A stretch of 61,594 nt of DNA from a virus (IMGVR_UViG_3300023440_000006:1-61594); one strand, 5' to 3'; shown: positions 17,865-28,182, counted from the stretch's first letter. Program-made: numbers and translations. Notes: generated from the sequence alone by a model not told the origin.

Positions 17865-20509
17865 TGGATGAGTTAGCTAGATACTACATGTATAAAGCCA
17901 AGAAAGGCTTGGCTGAAAGAATTCCAAAATTACCCTATAAGGTTAATGAGAAGGAATATCAGGATAGACTAGATTATGAAAATAAGATCATCATACAAAT
18001 GGGCTATCCTGGCTACTTCTTAGTTGTTCAAGACTTTATTAACTGGGCTAAAAATCAAGGAATTTTAGTAGGTCCAGGACGGGGCTCTGGGGCTGGTGCA
18101 TTGGCTTGTTTTGCACTCGGGATCACCAATATTGATCCAATTCCATATGGACTTATCTTTGAGCGATTTTTAAATCCTGCTCGTGTCAGCATGCCTGACC
18201 TTGACATTGACTTTCCTAAGGCAAAACGAGATCTTGTCATTCAATATGTTCAAGACAAGTACGGACATGATAAGGTCGCACAGATTGGTACGTTTGGAAC
18301 ATTCAAGGCAAAAGCAGCAATTAAAGCAGTAGCTCGAACTCTCGGACATAAAATCATTGTGGCTGAAAAGCTTACAAAGCTTTGGCCAAAACCAAAACAT
18401 GGCAGGGAGATTAAATTCGAAGAGGCACTTGAAGACGTATCTAAGCTTAGAGAATGGTATGATTCTTCTACTCCAGAAGGAGAGATCCTTCGATGGGCGC
18501 ATAAGTGTGAAGGACGAGTTGCATCGTTTGGAATCCACGCATCAGGTGTAGTTATTAGCAATGAGCCGCTATATGAGACAGTTCCGCTAGCTATAGGTAG
18601 GCATGGTGAGACAGTCACTCAGTGGGACATGAATTGTATAGAAGATGTAGGTCTAATCAAATTTGATTTCTTAGGTCTAAAGAATCTTGATACAATTCAA
18701 CTCACAATGAACCATATCAAGAGACGATATGGTTTAGATATTGATATTGAAAACCTTCCACTTGATGATAGCAAGGTTTATTCAAATCTGAGAAAGGGAG
18801 ATAATATTGGTGTCTTTCAGCTTGAATCATCTTCAGGCATGAAAGACCTGCTTGTTAAAATTCGTCCAGAGAATATAGAAGATATCACTGCTCTAGTGGC
18901 CATGTACAGACCAGGCCCGCTCAATAGTAATAAAATGCCAGACTATCTTGCCTGGAGAGCTGGTCTAACTGAACCTACATATCATCATCCAAGCTTAGAA
19001 CCTATTCTTGCCTCTACTGGTGGTTGGATTGTATATCAAGAGCAGGTCTTACAGATTGCTAGAGACCTGGCAGGTTATGATCTCGCAGGAGCTGACCTAT
19101 TGCGTCGTGCAGTAGGTAAGAAAAAAGAAAAAGAAATGGCTGAGCATCTTGGTAGATTTACTAAGGGCATGGTAGATAATGGCTATACCAAGGATTTGGC
19201 CAATACGCTATGGAGCGAGATTAAAGCGTTCGCAGATTATGGCTTTAATAAAAGTCATGCATTTTCGTATGCCATGATTGCGTATTGGTGTGCCTATCTT
19301 AAAACCTATTACCCAACAGAGTTTATGGCTGCTGCGCTGACATGTGACAGTGGAAATATGGACCAGATGATAGTCTACCTACAGGAATGTAAGAGGCTAG
19401 GCATCGACGTATTGCCACCTGATATTAATGACTCAGAGCTTGAATTCACTCCATTGGACGGTCAAATACGATTTGGACTTACGGCAATTAAAAACCTTCG
19501 AGAAGGGCCAGGACGACATATTTTAGATGTCCGTAGTGAAGGTGGTAAATTTCAGAGTATTTTTGATTTTGCAAGAAGGATTGACCTAGGACTCGTCAAC
19601 CGGAAGAAGCTCGATTCCTTAGTATTGTCTGGCGCATTTGATTTTACTGAACAAAATCGTAGTACCCTACTACAGGCTATTGAAGATATTCTTGAATACA
19701 AGAAAGAGCAGAAGAGATACGAAAAGAAACTAGAAACTTTTGAAAAGAAGTCTGAAGCTTACCTTGGACGCCTTGCAGCAATTGAGCGAGGTGATAGGTC
19801 AGCTAATGGTGAGAAATTAAAATCTTTAAAGAAACCTGTACAGCCAAAAGCTCCTGAGTTCCCAACATATATGCCAGAGGCAGAGTTGGCTAAACAGCTT
19901 ATCCTCCATAAGGAAAAAGAGCTTACTGGCTTCTTTATGTCAGGTCATCCATTAGATGGATTTAAAGATAAGATCTGTAGAACAATTTCATCCCTAAAAG
20001 ATGATAAACCTGAACAAATCATTATGATTTGTCTACTTTCAGAACTGCAAATAAAAGAGTCCAAGAAGAAGCAGAGATATGCATTTGCTCGTTTCGAAGA
20101 CTTAACAGGAAATGTAGAAGGTGTAATATGGCCTTGGCTCTATAAGCAATGTAGTGATCAGCTTCTTTTAAATGTACCAATACGAATTGGAGCAAAGGTT
20201 ACCTACACAGACGCAGAGGTAGATGAAGACTCTAAGCAAGATGAAGTTATTCCTTATCTAGAGATCAAGTCAGTAGAGCTACTAGAGAGACCAACAGAAG
20301 ATAGTCAGAACATTACGATCGAAGTACCATTAAAGCTAAGCAGCGTTAAAGAAGTTAAAAAATCTTTAAACAAGCATGCCGGTAAAGCTGGTGTTGCTTC
20401 TGTAAGATTTAGGCTGCAGTCAGATGGTATACTAGCGGTTCCTAGGGTATTTGGTATTAATCAAAATGGAAGAGCAATCAAAACAGAAATACTCAGAAGA
20501 GGTAAATAG
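17864..20509 (+). CDS. dnaE: DNA polymerase III alpha, catalytic part (palm, thumb, fingers, HhH, OB)
   Basis: GPGRGSGAG, FERFLNPARVSMPDLDIDF, KFDFLGL, YGFNKSH, SGHPL, FEDLTG. Confidence 0.95.
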   Translation: MDELARYYMYKAKKGLAERIPKLPYKVNEKEYQDRLDYENKIIIQMGYPGYFLVVQDFINWAKNQGILVGPGRGSGAGALACFALGITNIDPIPYGLIFERFLNPARVSMPDLDIDFPKAKRDLVIQYVQDKYGHDKVAQIGTFGTFKAKAAIKAVARTLGHKIIVAEKLTKLWPKPKHGREIKFEEALEDVSKLREWYDSSTPEGEILRWAHKCEGRVASFGIHASGVVISNEPLYETVPLAIGRHGETVTQWDMNCIEDVGLIKFDFLGLKNLDTIQLTMNHIKRRYGLDIDIENLPLDDSKVYSNLRKGDNIGVFQLESSSGMKDLLVKIRPENIEDITALVAMYRPGPLNSNKMPDYLAWRAGLTEPTYHHPSLEPILASTGGWIVYQEQVLQIARDLAGYDLAGADLLRRAVGKKKEKEMAEHLGRFTKGMVDNGYTKDLANTLWSEIKAFADYGFNKSHAFSYAMIAYWCAYLKTYYPTEFMAAALTCDSGNMDQMIVYLQECKRLGIDVLPPDINDSELEFTPLDGQIRFGLTAIKNLREGPGRHILDVRSEGGKFQSIFDFARRIDLGLVNRKKLDSLVLSGAFDFTEQNRSTLLQAIEDILEYKKEQKRYEKKLETFEKKSEAYLGRLAAIERGDRSANGEKLKSLKKPVQPKAPEFPTYMPEAELAKQLILHKEKELTGFFMSGHPLDGFKDKICRTISSLKDDKPEQIIMICLLSELQIKESKKKQRYAFARFEDLTGNVEGVIWPWLYKQCSDQLLLNVPIRIGAKVTYTDAEVDEDSKQDEVIPYLEIKSVELLERPTEDSQNITIEVPLKLSSVKEVKKSLNKHAGKAGVASVRFRLQSDGILAVPRVFGINQNGRAIKTEILRRGK

Positions 20510-20669
20510 TAAGGATGAAAACCCTAATAATATAGGGACCTTAGGTGGAATGATATTGCTTAGTTTACCAATAGTGGGTATAGCTGCTATCATAGGCCTA
20601 TTTAAGGGGCTCGAGTTATTCAGTGAACTTACTGAAGATTCTGAGCAAAAAGAGGTTAACAAAACATGA
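20466..20669 (+). CDS. small membrane protein
   Basis: One hydrophobic segment, LGGMILLSLPIVGIAAIIGLF. Confidence 0.55.
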   Translation: MEEQSKQKYSEEVNSKDENPNNIGTLGGMILLSLPIVGIAAIIGLFKGLELFSELTEDSEQKEVNKT

Positions 20670-22114
20670 GATGGACTAACGATGAGCTAGAGTTTCTAGC
20701 CACCTATGGACCACATGATAGAGCTATAGACGTATTTCAGGATTACAGAGTAAGGTTCGGAGATAATCGTTCTTATCACTCAGTTCAAAAAAAGCTTAGA
20801 TCATTATTCGAAGATCCAATTGAAGATGATGAAGATGATAATGAAGAAGGACTAGATACCTGGGAAGACGCCCTTGATAGTGAAGGTATTAAGCTTAAAA
20901 ACTATTCATACGATAAGGAAGCGGATGAGTATATTATTCCAACCCGTAGAGGCCTCCTTCATGTCTCAGGTGGACGAATTCGTCAGCTTCTAAGCGAGTA
21001 TTCTAACTATGGCGCCAAGAAAACCATCAATATGGTTGCGAACGAATTTGGTTGGGCTAGACATTGTATTATTGAAGTACTTCGCCGGCTAGGCAAAACC
21101 CATGATTCTTCTCCATTTACAGATGAACAGATCCTTGAAGAGCCTGTTGAAGAACTCGTCAAGGATATGGCCCGTAAAAAGGAGAATCGCATCATCGCTA
21201 ACGCTATCAAACAGGAACAGCGTAAGATTCAAGAAGATGCGAATAAGTGGCGTAACATAGAGCATGCCATCTCTGAAGTATTTGAACTCAGAGATTATGA
21301 AACTACCAAACCACTAAAATCTTTTAACCTTAAAGCACCAAAAAAGAAGTTCGATGCACTTCTCTATCACACTGATGCTCATGTTGGTAAGCTTGCACAG
21401 GGATGGGAATATGAAGAGTGTCGAAGACTTATTCTTGAGACCGCTGAACGCGCATTATCGCATGTTGTTCGATATGGAAAACCAAACCGTATTATTACAG
21501 GCATTGGTGGAGACTGGTCTAATATTGACAACCCAGCCAATGGGACTACTCGAGGCACTCTTCAGAGAAGTAATGGAGAATGGTTTGAGATCATGGAACA
21601 GGCTAATCAAATACAACTTGATCTTCTCCGACTCTATGGACAGGTAGCTCCTACTGAAGCTTATTGTGTACCGGGTAATCACGATAGAATGTGGTCTGTA
21701 ATGGCAGGTTCTTGGTTGGCTAAACTATTTGAAAATCATCCTAGCGTGAAGGTTCATACCTTTAAACCAAGACACTATATTGAGTCTGGTAAGAACATGA
21801 TTATGCTTACCCATGGCGACGGAGCTAAACCTAAAGACTACCCATCCATTATGGCAGCAGAAGCTGCAGAGATGTGGGGCAGAACTAAGTATCGCTATGC
21901 ATATCATGGTCACTTGCATCATGAGCTTATTAGAGAGTTTAGGGGAGTAAGCGTTAATCAGATGCCTAGTGTGAGTCCAGAAGATGAGTGGCATGTCCAT
22001 GAAGGTTATGTTGGGAACCGTCGTGCTCTTGCTGCCCATATACATGATTGGAATGCTGGTCGTGTTGCAATCTTTAACGTAGCTATTGATGAAAACAATA
22101 ATGTCGTAGGTTAG
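20666..22114 (+). CDS. calcineurin-like metallophosphoesterase with N-terminal extension
   Basis: DAHVG, GGD, PGNHD, THGD and GHLHH motifs; N-terminal WTNDE (Myb/HTH-like) and an acidic tract. Confidence 0.8.
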   Translation: MRWTNDELEFLATYGPHDRAIDVFQDYRVRFGDNRSYHSVQKKLRSLFEDPIEDDEDDNEEGLDTWEDALDSEGIKLKNYSYDKEADEYIIPTRRGLLHVSGGRIRQLLSEYSNYGAKKTINMVANEFGWARHCIIEVLRRLGKTHDSSPFTDEQILEEPVEELVKDMARKKENRIIANAIKQEQRKIQEDANKWRNIEHAISEVFELRDYETTKPLKSFNLKAPKKKFDALLYHTDAHVGKLAQGWEYEECRRLILETAERALSHVVRYGKPNRIITGIGGDWSNIDNPANGTTRGTLQRSNGEWFEIMEQANQIQLDLLRLYGQVAPTEAYCVPGNHDRMWSVMAGSWLAKLFENHPSVKVHTFKPRHYIESGKNMIMLTHGDGAKPKDYPSIMAAEAAEMWGRTKYRYAYHGHLHHELIREFRGVSVNQMPSVSPEDEWHVHEGYVGNRRALAAHIHDWNAGRVAIFNVAIDENNNVVG

Positions 22115-22191
22115 CTTGTATAAAAGTTAACAATAAGAATTTTTAGATATGATGATGCCAACCCAATCCATCATCATAGAGGCAACTATTT

Positions 22192-22359
22192 ATGCACATC
22201 ATAGACGTAATCGATGAAATTGCAGATAAGCTAACAGAGCTTCAAGATGATCAGATTGCTGATATCTATAATCAGTTAGCAGAATGGGGAGTTGTTAACT
22301 ATACACTTGAATCAGCTGGTGAAGGACAGTTTAATGTTCAAGGAGATGAGGATGAGTGA
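22192..22359 (+). CDS. small acidic hypothetical protein (55 aa), not in the ORF track
   Basis: MHIIDVIDEIADKL...QGDEDE; GAGG SD; overlaps the thyX start. Confidence 0.6.
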   Translation: MHIIDVIDEIADKLTELQDDQIADIYNQLAEWGVVNYTLESAGEGQFNVQGDEDE

Positions 22360-23224
22360 TTATCCTGAGATTTTAGTTTTAGATCATGGCTTCGTACGTC
22401 TTATTGATCATATGGGTGATGATCAACGTATCGTAGATGCAGCCCGAGTCTCGTATCAAAAGGGAACAAAGAAGGTTTCTACTGATAAAGGTCTTATACG
22501 CTATTTACTTAGAAACTTACACACGACACCCTTTGAAAAGGTTCGTTTTGAATTTCATGTTAAACTGCCGATCTTTGTAGCGCGACAATGGATGCGACAC
22601 AGGACAGGAAGTTTTAATGAAGTTTCTGGCAGATATAGTAAGCTTCCACAAGAGTTTTATGTACCTGAGCCACTTAGAAAACAATCTAAAACTAACCGGC
22701 AAGGATCATCTTCTGAAATTGTTTCTACTATATATCTAGCAGATGGCGAAGATGACCCCGGCCATTTTATTAGATCGAGTTTTAATAATTCTTATGCAGA
22801 CTACCAGCATCTTCTTGAGGCCGGTGCAGCTAGGGAATTAGCTCGTGGGGTGCTACCACTAAACATCTACACAGAGTTCTACTGGACAGTAGATCTGTGG
22901 AACTTAATGCATTTTTTGAGACTACGGCTAGATGCACACGCACAGCTAGAAACAAGGCTCTATGCTGAAGCTATCTTCACGCTTTTAAATAAGCATTGTG
23001 ACCTAGAGCTCTCATTAGGCGCATTCCAAGACTATATCCTTGATCGACCAGATATATCTAAGTTTGAGATGAATATCATTAAAGAAACTCTAAAAGAGCT
23101 ACAAGCAAGTTCTATTACATCGATGTCACTAGATGAAATCCTCAAAGAGAAGATTCAAGATAATCTTGAGATGAGTGATCGTGAAAAGCGAGAGAGTAAG
23201 CTGTTAGCACTACTGGCGGAGTAA
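22352..23224 (+). CDS. thyX: flavin-dependent thymidylate synthase
   Basis: AARVSY, HTTPFE, RQWMRHRTGSFNEVSGRY, HAQLETR; ATG 22352 has an AGGAG SD. Confidence 0.95.
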   Translation: MSDYPEILVLDHGFVRLIDHMGDDQRIVDAARVSYQKGTKKVSTDKGLIRYLLRNLHTTPFEKVRFEFHVKLPIFVARQWMRHRTGSFNEVSGRYSKLPQEFYVPEPLRKQSKTNRQGSSSEIVSTIYLADGEDDPGHFIRSSFNNSYADYQHLLEAGAARELARGVLPLNIYTEFYWTVDLWNLMHFLRLRLDAHAQLETRLYAEAIFTLLNKHCDLELSLGAFQDYILDRPDISKFEMNIIKETLKELQASSITSMSLDEILKEKIQDNLEMSDREKRESKLLALLAE

Positions 23225-23226
23225 GC

Positions 23227-24270
23227 ATGTGGAATCTTGTTGACGAGACTGAAGGTCTAACATTTGATGACGTATTAATTAAGCCTAATCAGAGTAGCAT
23301 TGTTAGCAGAAAATCTATCGATATTTCATGGAAGTTAGGGGATTTTAAATTCGATATTCCTGTCATCTCTTCTAACATGACTACCGTCACTGAAATAGAT
23401 ATGGCATTGCAGATGGCTGATCTTGGTGGACTGGGCATTATCCATCGATTCATGCCAGCTGAACTACAATTAGAACAAACAGAATTTTTTAAATCCTTAA
23501 ACCATAGCGCTCCAGTTTGTCATTCAGTTGGATCAATGTTGAATGATAAAAAGAGAATCCGCTTCCTAATTGATAACAAGGCAGCAGACATCCTCTGTGT
23601 AGATATTGCTCATGGCAATAATACAGCACATATGGAACCTACTTTGAAGTTCATTAGAGATTTGGGATTTGAAGGACCAATCATTGCAGGCAATACTGCT
23701 GGTGTGGCATCTGCCAATAATCTTATTAACTGGGGTGCCGATATGGTAAAGATTGGCATTGGACCTGGTTCTGTATGCACTACTAGAATTAAGACAGGTG
23801 TTGGTATACCGCAGCTCACAGCTATTGGACAGAATAGTTATAATTCTCACATTCCAGAAGGTCTTAGTATACCTACTATTGCAGATGGAGGTATCAGATA
23901 TCCAGGAGACGCCGCAAAAGCATTGGGAGCTGGTGCAACAGCTGTTATGATAGGAGGTATGTTGGCAGGAACTGATTGTGTACCAGGCTGGTCAGACAAC
24001 CATCAAGACTTGCTACATGCAGGTAACGCAAGTGAACTAGTTAAACATCAATTTCAACAACATAATTTTAATGCCGAAGGCGTTGCAAAACACGTTGAGC
24101 GTAAACCTATTGGCAGTACAGCTCAGGTTATTAGAGACATCTGTGAGGGGATTCGCTCTGCGATGTCTTATGTCGGTGCCCATACATTAAAAGAATTTTA
24201 TGAGAAATGTACGTTCATTCGTGTAACCTCAAATACAGTTCTTGAAAATCATCCCCATTTGAAGGGATGA
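23227..24270 (+). CDS. IMP dehydrogenase / GMP reductase family enzyme without CBS domains
   Basis: [41 protein letters not shown]. Confidence 0.88.
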   Translation: MWNLVDETEGLTFDDVLIKPNQSSIVSRKSIDISWKLGDFKFDIPVISSNMTTVTEIDMALQMADLGGLGIIHRFMPAELQLEQTEFFKSLNHSAPVCHSVGSMLNDKKRIRFLIDNKAADILCVDIAHGNNTAHMEPTLKFIRDLGFEGPIIAGNTAGVASANNLINWGADMVKIGIGPGSVCTTRIKTGVGIPQLTAIGQNSYNSHIPEGLSIPTIADGGIRYPGDAAKALGAGATAVMIGGMLAGTDCVPGWSDNHQDLLHAGNASELVKHQFQQHNFNAEGVAKHVERKPIGSTAQVIRDICEGIRSAMSYVGAHTLKEFYEKCTFIRVTSNTVLENHPHLKG

Positions 24271-24286
24271 ACTGAGGTGGCTTACT

Positions 24287-25174
24287 TTGACCCAGAAATG
24301 CACTGGAGCACAATATACTGGAGTCTGTGTAACAGAAGTAGACAGACAGATTATAGATGAAGTTTACAAAGAGAAAAAAGTTGAGTTATGGGATAAGCGA
24401 CGCTTTTATCCCAATATATTTGTTTATTTAAGACCTAATGATGGACAAGGTAATGGTGCTATCACTATTGCTCGAGATAAAAAGGGGGAGAAATATCTAG
24501 AGCTGCTCCCATCTAAGGGTCTATCTGCTTTTGGCATTACACCAAAAAATAAAGAACAGATTATGGCTATGTCAGCCTTACTAGACCCCACGATTCCCCT
24601 TTCTATCATGACAGGTAGGGCAGGTACAGGTAAAACATTGCTAGCCATTGCTGCAGCATTACAGACTGTAGAAGATGGTGTTTATGATAGGATTCTCATC
24701 ACTAGGCCAATGAGTCAGGTAGGAAAATATAACCTTGGAGCGTTGCCTGGAGATATAGATGAAAAATTTGGTCCCTATCTAGAGAACTATCTTACAAACA
24801 TTCAGCAACTTGTTGGAGATGACAAAACAACTATTGATGTTTTAATCAATAAAATGAACATCACCGCCATGCCCTTGCAATTGATACGCGGCGCCTCTTG
24901 GACAAAAACCTTTATCATTGCAGATGAAGTGCAGGTATTAGATCATGACGAAATGCTTACACTAGGAACCCGTATTGGTGAGGGGTCTAAGCTCGTTATA
25001 CTTGGCGATCTAAGACAGCGTGATGAAAAAATTGCACGAACAAAGACTGGTCTCTATAAGTTAATGAATGACATGAGAGCTAAGCAATCATCCCTTATTT
25101 CAGCAATTGAATTACTGAAATGTGAGAGAAGCGAACTTGCCGCCCTCATTGCTGATATTTTTGAGGATGACTAA
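24287..25174 (+). CDS. phoH: PhoH-family ATPase
   Basis: GRAGTGKT, LGALPG...EK, RG.S, DEVQ, TRIGEGSK...GD..Q.D. Confidence 0.9.
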   Translation: MTQKCTGAQYTGVCVTEVDRQIIDEVYKEKKVELWDKRRFYPNIFVYLRPNDGQGNGAITIARDKKGEKYLELLPSKGLSAFGITPKNKEQIMAMSALLDPTIPLSIMTGRAGTGKTLLAIAAALQTVEDGVYDRILITRPMSQVGKYNLGALPGDIDEKFGPYLENYLTNIQQLVGDDKTTIDVLINKMNITAMPLQLIRGASWTKTFIIADEVQVLDHDEMLTLGTRIGEGSKLVILGDLRQRDEKIARTKTGLYKLMNDMRAKQSSLISAIELLKCERSELAALIADIFEDD

Positions 25175-25466
25175 TGTTAATTTAAATCGTCCATTAAATC
25201 TTGAACCTCCTCATTCACCAGAGGATGGCGATGTTTACTTAGATATTAATGAAAACACTATAATGATCTTCTTAGGCAATAGGTGGGTGCATATTACTTC
25301 ACCTTCTCTTCAGGGGGATGACACAGATAATACTAATTATAGAGATGCTGAAGAATCTCTTGACCCTCTCGGATTAATAGCAGAAGCTCTCGAAGAGAGA
25401 ACAAGCGTAGAGAAGATCGAAAAAGAACTTCAAGAACGTAGAAGAAATCCATTATTTCTATTCTGA
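25167..25466 (+). CDS. hypothetical protein
   Basis: Starts within the 3' end of phoH. Confidence 0.55.
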   Translation: MTNVNLNRPLNLEPPHSPEDGDVYLDINENTIMIFLGNRWVHITSPSLQGDDTDNTNYRDAEESLDPLGLIAEALEERTSVEKIEKELQERRRNPLFLF

Positions 25467-25573
25467 TAATAAATATTTGATTATTTCTGAAAAGATATCA
25501 AAACGCTTTAATGAGCAACAGAATGGGGCAAAATTACCTGTAGAAACAGACCATTTGTTCCCAGGAGATTACT

Positions 25574-26017
25574 ATGACAGTAACTGTTAAGTTTAAGAAA
25601 CTAGATCCTCGAGCCCAGATGCCTAAACAGGCTACTCCAGGATCTTCAGGTTTCGATTTGGTTTTTGTAGGAGATGGTCCTAAGTTAATCATGCCTCAGA
25701 AGGTAGTTTTATGCGGTACTGGATTAGCAGTTGAGGTCCCGAAAGGGTATGAACTACAGGTTCGACCTCGTTCAGGCTTAGCCTTGAAGGAAGCTATTAC
25801 CATACCTAATGCACCAGGCACTGTAGACAGTGATTACAGAGGGCCTCTGGGCGTCATCCTGGCCAATCTAGGGAGTGAGCCTTATCAGGTTAAGCCAGGC
25901 GATAGAATCGCTCAGGCGGTCATCTGCGCAGTCCCAGAGGTATCCCTAGAGCTAGTTGATGAACTCTCAGATACCGAGCGCGGAGAGGGCGGATTCGGAT
26001 CTACAGGAAAGAACTAA
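25574..26017 (+). CDS. dut: trimeric dUTPase
   Basis: GFDL, RPRSGLA, GTVDSDYRG, GDRIAQ, RGEGGFGSTG. Confidence 0.97.
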   Translation: MTVTVKFKKLDPRAQMPKQATPGSSGFDLVFVGDGPKLIMPQKVVLCGTGLAVEVPKGYELQVRPRSGLALKEAITIPNAPGTVDSDYRGPLGVILANLGSEPYQVKPGDRIAQAVICAVPEVSLELVDELSDTERGEGGFGSTGKN

Positions 26018-26580
26018 TGAGTGAAGAGAATCTTATAGACCTAGAACAGTGGTCTAAGCAGCGTGAAAATGTACGGGATCTAGCTAAGTCTGTTGCTAAT
26101 GGTAATGGAAGTACAGATAGTTTAATAGTACAGACAGCTAAGTTACAAGAGATGACAGCTGGTGTTGTAGATGCCTTGCTTAACGACATGAGCTTTTTGC
26201 ATAATCTGCTTAAAATGTCACAGATGCAAATGAGCAATATTGCTCAACAATCTTTTCTTACTCTTGAGATTGTAAAACGCAAGGGAATCACCACCTCTGA
26301 AGAGGTGCATGAACTTTATCAAGAAATACTTCAGCATCAGGCAGAGCAGCAAGCTGCTGCAGAAAAAGCAGCTCAACAGGCCGTAGAGAATGCACTACAT
26401 GATGAGAATAATCCTGAACGTATTGCTGAGTTTAAATCACTAATAGAGCAAGGATTTAGTGAACAAGAGGCCAGGGCTACTGTGTGGCCTGAACAGCTAC
26501 TTGAAACCGCGCAAGATGAACAAAATAAAAACACCAGAGCGGAAATAATTCCTTTCTCTGGCGCTTCTAAAAAAGAATGA
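26017..26580 (+). CDS. hypothetical helical protein
   Basis: TAATG coupled to dut; last gene of the + strand block. Confidence 0.7.
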   Translation: MSEENLIDLEQWSKQRENVRDLAKSVANGNGSTDSLIVQTAKLQEMTAGVVDALLNDMSFLHNLLKMSQMQMSNIAQQSFLTLEIVKRKGITTSEEVHELYQEILQHQAEQQAAAEKAAQQAVENALHDENNPERIAEFKSLIEQGFSEQEARATVWPEQLLETAQDEQNKNTRAEIIPFSGASKKE

Positions 26581-26598
26581 TAATAATCGATTGATTAT

Positions 26599-26856
26599 TT
26601 AGTCACGAAGTTGTCCATATGGATTGCTATCGTATGTGATTTCGATGTTTTCACCGATGTTATATACGATGCTCACAATACCTGAGCGTGATTTAATTAC
26701 GTTTGCGAGCACTTGAGCAATCTCATCAGTGGATCTTGTGTGGAGATCCTTAATCCCAGGTAGGCTAAGGGTCTCTGTTCGTCTGTTATTTTGTGTAGCT
26801 AGCTCACCAAGCATCTTCTCTTGTTGATTTTTAGCTGACATTCCGGGAATTGACAT
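26599..26856 (-). CDS. hypothetical protein
   Basis: AGGAGG SD; converges with the + strand block. Confidence 0.7.
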   Translation of the reverse strand: MSIPGMSAKNQQEKMLGELATQNNRRTETLSLPGIKDLHTRSTDEIAQVLANVIKSRSGIVSIVYNIGENIEITYDSNPYGQLRD

Positions 26857-27538
26857 AGTGTCCTCCTATACCGAGTATATTATTAATACCAGAAAAATCC
26901 TTTTCAATCAAAGCCCTGTGTCGGTTAGTGAGAGCAGCAATATCTTTGATCTTCATGCCTTTTGCATAACGCAAATAGACTAGATATTTCTGACGAGTAT
27001 TGAGTTCAGATAATACGCCTTCTTTTGACTTCAGCATTACCCAGCCTATAGACAGGTCTAGGTCATCTGGCTCTTCTATATATGTAATATCTGGTAAAGA
27101 TGGGGCAAGGAAATCTCCTGTTTTCATTAGTATCTGATGTGACACCCAAGAGGCAACTGACTTAATCAGATTAAAGCGGACATAGTCATAAAAGACGAAA
27201 CGAGTCTTCTTTCCGGGCTTGATTTTTGCTTTATAGAAATTCCATAGCTCAAAAAGATGGAGAATAGCTTGTTGCCTAATATCTTCTTCACAAAGGTTGG
27301 GTAAAGAGTCAATGCGTTCTCGTATAAGAGTGTTCGTATGCGGCGTCCAGGTTCTTTTTTGTCCGAGGACCTGAAAGCTAACAGTCTTGTAGAACCAGAA
27401 ATGGATATACGAAGAACTAATCTTTCGTCCAAGGACGACGTTTACAACAGAATTGAGAAGATTAGAATACCTATGCAGCAATTCATCAGCACTAGGTAGT
27501 TCTTGAGTTACTAAGTTTTTCCGCCAACCTTTAGCCAT
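26831..27538 (-). CDS. divergent sigma70-like factor
   Basis: Region-2-like EEDIRQQAILHLFELW and region-4 LSELNTRQKYLVYLRY..GM.IKDIA. Confidence 0.6.
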   Translation of the reverse strand: MAKGWRKNLVTQELPSADELLHRYSNLLNSVVNVVLGRKISSSYIHFWFYKTVSFQVLGQKRTWTPHTNTLIRERIDSLPNLCEEDIRQQAILHLFELWNFYKAKIKPGKKTRFVFYDYVRFNLIKSVASWVSHQILMKTGDFLAPSLPDITYIEEPDDLDLSIGWVMLKSKEGVLSELNTRQKYLVYLRYAKGMKIKDIAALTNRHRALIEKDFSGINNILGIGGHYVNSRNVS

Positions 27539-27543
27539 CTAAA

Positions 27544-28170
27544 TCAGGCCTCCCAATGCGGAACTTTATCTTTAAACTCTTTCTTGAGTTGATTATATTC
27601 TAAAATATGACCATCAGGCAGCCCAAGTTCTAAAAAGAACTGGGCTGTTTTTGTGCTCTTACTACTCACGACTGCAATCAGCTTAGCGAAGTCAGCAGGA
27701 TAATGCTTCTTCATTCGACGGAGCTTTGTCTTATCGTGAGGACGCAACCAATTCCCTTTTACTTCTACCCAATATTCATCACCAGATTGTTTGTGTTTAA
27801 CTTTAAAGTCTGGTGTATATGAAAGAGCTTGTCCTTTAGGCTTTTCCAACTCAACGTAGGAGAAGATTTTTGGTTCGTAGGCTAGAAAAGTAAAATCGAT
27901 TAATCCAGACTTGAATAATCTCATCATATTGGCTTCCCAACCAGAGCGGACAAAGATACCTAGATCTTTGCGCTTACCCACTCGTGATTGTCTTCCTTTC
28001 GCAAGAGCAGGCTTAGCCCTGCTTTTTCCAGCAAGCCCAAGCTCTCTCATCTTTTTATCTAACGCAGATCTAGACTTTGCCAGCGCAATACATAGCTGGT
28101 CCTTAGCGTCTTTCTTATGTCGCTTTAGATACTCGACCTCAACGGGTGACCATACAACTTTTCTTCTCAT
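27544..28170 (-). CDS. PD-(D/E)xK endonuclease with N-terminal HTH-like segment
   Basis: RSGWEAN, YEP, YTPDF, WVEVKG. Confidence 0.75.
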   Translation of the reverse strand: MRRKVVWSPVEVEYLKRHKKDAKDQLCIALAKSRSALDKKMRELGLAGKSRAKPALAKGRQSRVGKRKDLGIFVRSGWEANMMRLFKSGLIDFTFLAYEPKIFSYVELEKPKGQALSYTPDFKVKHKQSGDEYWVEVKGNWLRPHDKTKLRRMKKHYPADFAKLIAVVSSKSTKTAQFFLELGLPDGHILEYNQLKKEFKDKVPHWEA

Positions 28171-28182
28171 AGGAGGAGTATA

